From positions 124,001 through 188,000 of the forward strand of contig NW_027117353.1 in assembly GCF_038025025.1 (NCBI RefSeq): a stretch of 64,000 nucleotides of DNA, given 5' to 3'. The notes beneath the pieces are model-generated. The model saw only the letters and a program-made list of their open reading frames with translations. It did no database searches and was not told the DNA's origin. Origin of the DNA: Phyllosticta citribraziliensis (lineage: Eukaryota). Position 1 is the stretch's first letter; the number at the start of each line of letters is the position of its first letter. Both the position numbers and the translations under genes were made by a program. Shown here in pieces: positions 60,488 through 64,000 of this stretch.

Positions 60488-61792
60488 ATGTCACTCCTCC
60501 GCCTGCTACCTTGCCCACCAGCCAATTTCGGCAAGAGAGGCTGCAAAACACAGTTGCACTGGCAATCTCAGAGGCTCAATGGCCGCCAAATATCCAGACG
60601 CTCTGTGCATTCGGGGCTGTCGTACCTTCCACAAAGACCAAGAGCCTCGACGCCCCAAAATCTCCGTCGCCCACATCGTCCTCGCCCTCATCATTGTCGC
60701 CGAACTTTCCTCACTGAGTCCTTACATCCTGTCTTTATCCCTCCTACCGTCTTCCTCATGTGTTTTCTTGGGCTATGGAGCTACAAAATTATCATGACCA
60801 TCGTCTTCCAAAACAAAATCATCTACATGCCGTACATGCCTCCTTTTGCCCGCTCCGAAACCATGGAAGACTACGCCAAGCTCTGCAGACCGGTCGAATG
60901 GCAGGAAACCTCGATCAGGTCGCTTGATGGGACCAAAATCGCTCTTTGTGCTGGCGAGATTCACTATGGCAATATTCAGGAGGCCCCTGAGGAACACCGC
61001 CAAAAACGCACAGTCATCATTTACTTCCAAGGGTGGGCATGATTCAGACCACCGAGCAAAATTACCCATCTCCTCAGCGCGCTGACTTTGCATAGAAATG
61101 GAGGATCCGTGCCTCTGCGACTGCAAATGCTCAGCAAGATCTTGAAAGCGCTTAGGCAGACCTCTGAACCCAATATGCGTTTCACTCTTGTCGCCCCTTC
61201 CTATCGTGGCTTTTGGAAATCGAGGGGGCGAGCTTCTCAAAAAGGTATCGAACGTGATGCGAAGGCGACGCTGCAATGGGTACACGAAACGTATGGCCGC
61301 GAAAATTGCGACCTGAAAATTGTCCTCTGGGGCCAGAGCCTTGGGGCAGGTGTAGCAACAAATCTTGCAGCCTGGCACTTCAAATCAAAGCAGCCAGCCC
61401 ATGACTCAACAAATCGCCCCGAAATAGCTGGCATCCTTCTGGAGACTCCCTTCATCGGAATCAAAGACATGCTACTTGCACTGTATCCTCAAAAATGGTT
61501 GCCATATCGCTACCTCTGGCCCTTCTTGCGCAATTTCTGGGACTCGGATCAGGCTCTAAGGGAGTTTGCCGCGAGCAAAGAAACGACAGATGTACCGATT
61601 CAAATCATCACAGCTGGTGACGATGAGGTAGTGCCGGCAAGCCAGGGAGAGCACTTGCACAGCCTGTGTCAAGACCTCGAGTTGGATGTCCGGCGCAAAG
61701 ACATTGTGCATGCACTTCACAACGAGGTCCCTGACAGAATCGCTGGTAGAGATTCCATTGTATCATTTATCAAAGAAGTAGGGCATAGATGA
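60488..61792 (+). CDS. BEM46/ABHD13-like alpha/beta hydrolase (intron ~61033-61095)
   Basis: FQNKIIYMP; IYFQG|NGGS; SYRGFWKSRG..SQKGI..DA; nucleophile elbow GQSLG; LETPF; DDEVVP; His in ALHNE. Confidence 0.88.
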
Positions 61793-62111
61793 TAGAGTGG
61801 AAGTCCTCAGGAATCATCACAGGCACTCCGCCCATGTTTCGCAAAAGCAGTCTGAGACTTGAGCAAAGTGACTGCTTTTGGTGGATTTCGATCAAAATCC
61901 GCCTGTTTCTCGGACCATCTGGCGAGCTGGGAGCAGAATCCGATGTGAACTTCACATGCCAGTCAGCGAACTGCAAGTGTGATGGTTCTTTCCTTCCGCC
62001 ACCGCCCACCACCGCGCAACCTAGACTACAGGATTTGCAAGCTCAGCTCTTCGAAGACTTACCATCCACAACATCGTCGGTCCACCATCGCAAACCTCAA
62101 AGCCCGTCGCC

Positions 62112-63485
62112 ATGCTGCTTTACAAATCACAACCGATCCCGATTCGCGAGCGTCAAGACTGCTTGAAGCTCCCAACTTCGACCAAGATCTACTCTCTCGC
62201 CAGATCTTGCATCACGAGCAAGTCGCCGTCAGGTCTTGTCCGCGAGCCATGCAAGCATCCACGCAGTCCAAGTCTAGGACGCGGCGATCACAACTCAACC
62301 GACGATTCCTCGACCATCTCTTCCACATCAAGAACAAGCCTGGACTCGGCATACTACGGCCCATTGTCGTCAAACACTTCGATAGCTGAATGCCCAATCA
62401 GTGGGTCGGACAAGATCATCACTCAACGGATCGAGGCCGAGGTCGACCGGATCAGCACAGATATCGCACAATGCAACTTCATGGAAGACGGCCTGCGCCA
62501 GCAGCACTGGAACGCTTCACTCGACAACCTCGCTGCGACTGAACAAGACGCAACACTTCCCATGCCTCACGTGCAAGACATCTCTCTGGCACTGACGGAT
62601 TCGCATGTCTTGGGTGATCCTATTTTCATGAGCTCCGCCGGCTTTGAGGTGGGACCAGCAGGTTTGCAGATTGGACATTGCAGCTACCTGAATCTGCCGG
62701 CTGGCGAATGCTGCAGCATGCGCATCATTGGGCCGACTTGCGTGGAGGACCGACCGCGCTTTCAGCTGGTCATGACAACGACCGTGATGGATGTGAGAAC
62801 CACAAACAGGCATTGGAAACTATGCTTGATCTACGACGTTACGGAGGCGATCAATGAATTGGCAACGGCAAGGTTGACGGGCAGTCTGGAAATGCAGTTC
62901 AAGTCAGCCCAAGGATACAATCAACTGGACGTCGCGGTCGAGTGTCTAGGAGAAACCAGGTCTCCAGACGAGCCATTCGACTGGAACGCATTCATTGAAG
63001 ATGATCTGACGGCACAAGACGTCCAAAGTCCCGCCAGCAGGAGCGGAAAGGAAGCCCAAATAGCACCAGAGTCTCTCGACGTGCCAGCAGACATTGCCCG
63101 CTTCATTCAGAGCGCATCGCTCATGCGATCACGAGCAAAGAAGTTCTTCATCCTTACCCCACGCCCACTCGAGCACCGCAAACGCTCCCTCGCCCAGGTC
63201 TTCCGGCGCAAGAAGTCCATCTGGGCCATCGAAATCGCAAACCTCAGCGTCAGCTTCGTCTCCAGTGAATTGCTCCAGGAGACAGAGGTCCTCGACCGAC
63301 TGGCCAGCCACCTCCGCCGCTGCACGGCCGAGAGCGTCATCAAGTGTTTCGACGACGGTGAGGGCTTCGAGTGGCGCGCCACGCTGCGGCCGGGAATTGA
63401 GACTGCCATCAATTGCTTCCCTATCGACAATGGCCGCGTGGCGATGGCGCGAGAGGTTTGGTGGGTCTGCTTTGTCGAGATCTGA
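62112..63485 (+). CDS. Hypothetical protein with a degenerate LOV/PAS-like domain and an RGS-LOV-type C-terminal region
   Basis: 457-aa intronless ORF; LALTDSHVLGDPIFMSSAGF...IGHCSYLN...FQLVMTTTVMD...LCLIYDVTE parallels the LOV motif order; tail INCFPI...VWWVCFV. Confidence 0.55.
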   Translation: MLLYKSQPIPIRERQDCLKLPTSTKIYSLARSCITSKSPSGLVREPCKHPRSPSLGRGDHNSTDDSSTISSTSRTSLDSAYYGPLSSNTSIAECPISGSDKIITQRIEAEVDRISTDIAQCNFMEDGLRQQHWNASLDNLAATEQDATLPMPHVQDISLALTDSHVLGDPIFMSSAGFEVGPAGLQIGHCSYLNLPAGECCSMRIIGPTCVEDRPRFQLVMTTTVMDVRTTNRHWKLCLIYDVTEAINELATARLTGSLEMQFKSAQGYNQLDVAVECLGETRSPDEPFDWNAFIEDDLTAQDVQSPASRSGKEAQIAPESLDVPADIARFIQSASLMRSRAKKFFILTPRPLEHRKRSLAQVFRRKKSIWAIEIANLSVSFVSSELLQETEVLDRLASHLRRCTAESVIKCFDDGEGFEWRATLRPGIETAINCFPIDNGRVAMAREVWWVCFVEI

Positions 63486-64000
63486 TTTGCTACTCGGCCC
63501 AAAATGTCCCCTTGCCAGCCTACCGACGTATCGTCCAAGTTCACTTGACACATCGCGATCAGAAGAATCCGGCGCCGCAAACATGCCTTTGTCGTACATG
63601 CCTGTCCGCGATTTCGCATCCAGATCACGCGCGGCTCGCGCAACTCGACAATCTTAGCACCAACACAACCATCGGGCCATGGGAGCCTCTTCCGGTCACG
63701 CAGCAACTGCACTCAACGACAGCTTACGACGCAGTAACTTATGGCGCGGCAACTTACCTTCTCATCTACAGAGGGGACGAGCATGATGCGCAATCAGGCT
63801 GTCACTTCTTACGCACACTCCCTCTTTTTTCAGTCAATGTTTGGGAACGAACGAACCCCCAATTTGGTTTACAATCCGGGCTCTACAGCATTTGCTGCCG
63901 AGTTGGCTCGTCACTTTCATTTGATCATTTCGGTTTTGCTCATCACTGGGCCTGCACTTTTGGTGAAGGGCGTTATCTAGTGGCTTAGTCTGATTTCTTG

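Overview
Eukaryotic, intron-containing DNA (GT..AG introns with CTRAC/CTAAC branch points) from a filamentous ascomycete, probably a Dothideomycete; the class is an impression from gene content and codon usage. The first ~11 kb is the edge of a secondary-metabolite cluster. It holds the 5' end of an NRPS that the ORF track misses (minus strand, runs off the window, GliP/SirP-like adenylation domain), a divergent cytochrome P450, an AflR/GliZ-type Zn2Cys6 regulator, a second Zn2Cys6 regulator and a monocarboxylate-type MFS transporter. Just outside the cluster is an intact, intronless ORF resembling a retrotransposon Gag capsid, with no pol or LTR visible. Then comes a mostly housekeeping block: DUF1264, PXA1, xylitol dehydrogenase, Rrg1/Efm2-like methyltransferase, VPS28, NOC2, a BTB protein, a coiled-coil protein, a spliced Clr2-N-domain gene, HIS4, an arrestin-like protein, DUF2237, a PTH11-like GPCR, UPF0658, SYM1, a BEM46-like hydrolase and a degenerate LOV-domain protein. 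The best leads are the solo Gag-like gene, the NRPS cluster with its matching TCG-N5-CGA sites, the degenerate LOV/RGS-LOV-like protein and the stand-alone Clr2 silencing domain. All family calls come from reading motifs by eye; no database searches were run. Exon boundaries are manual predictions.
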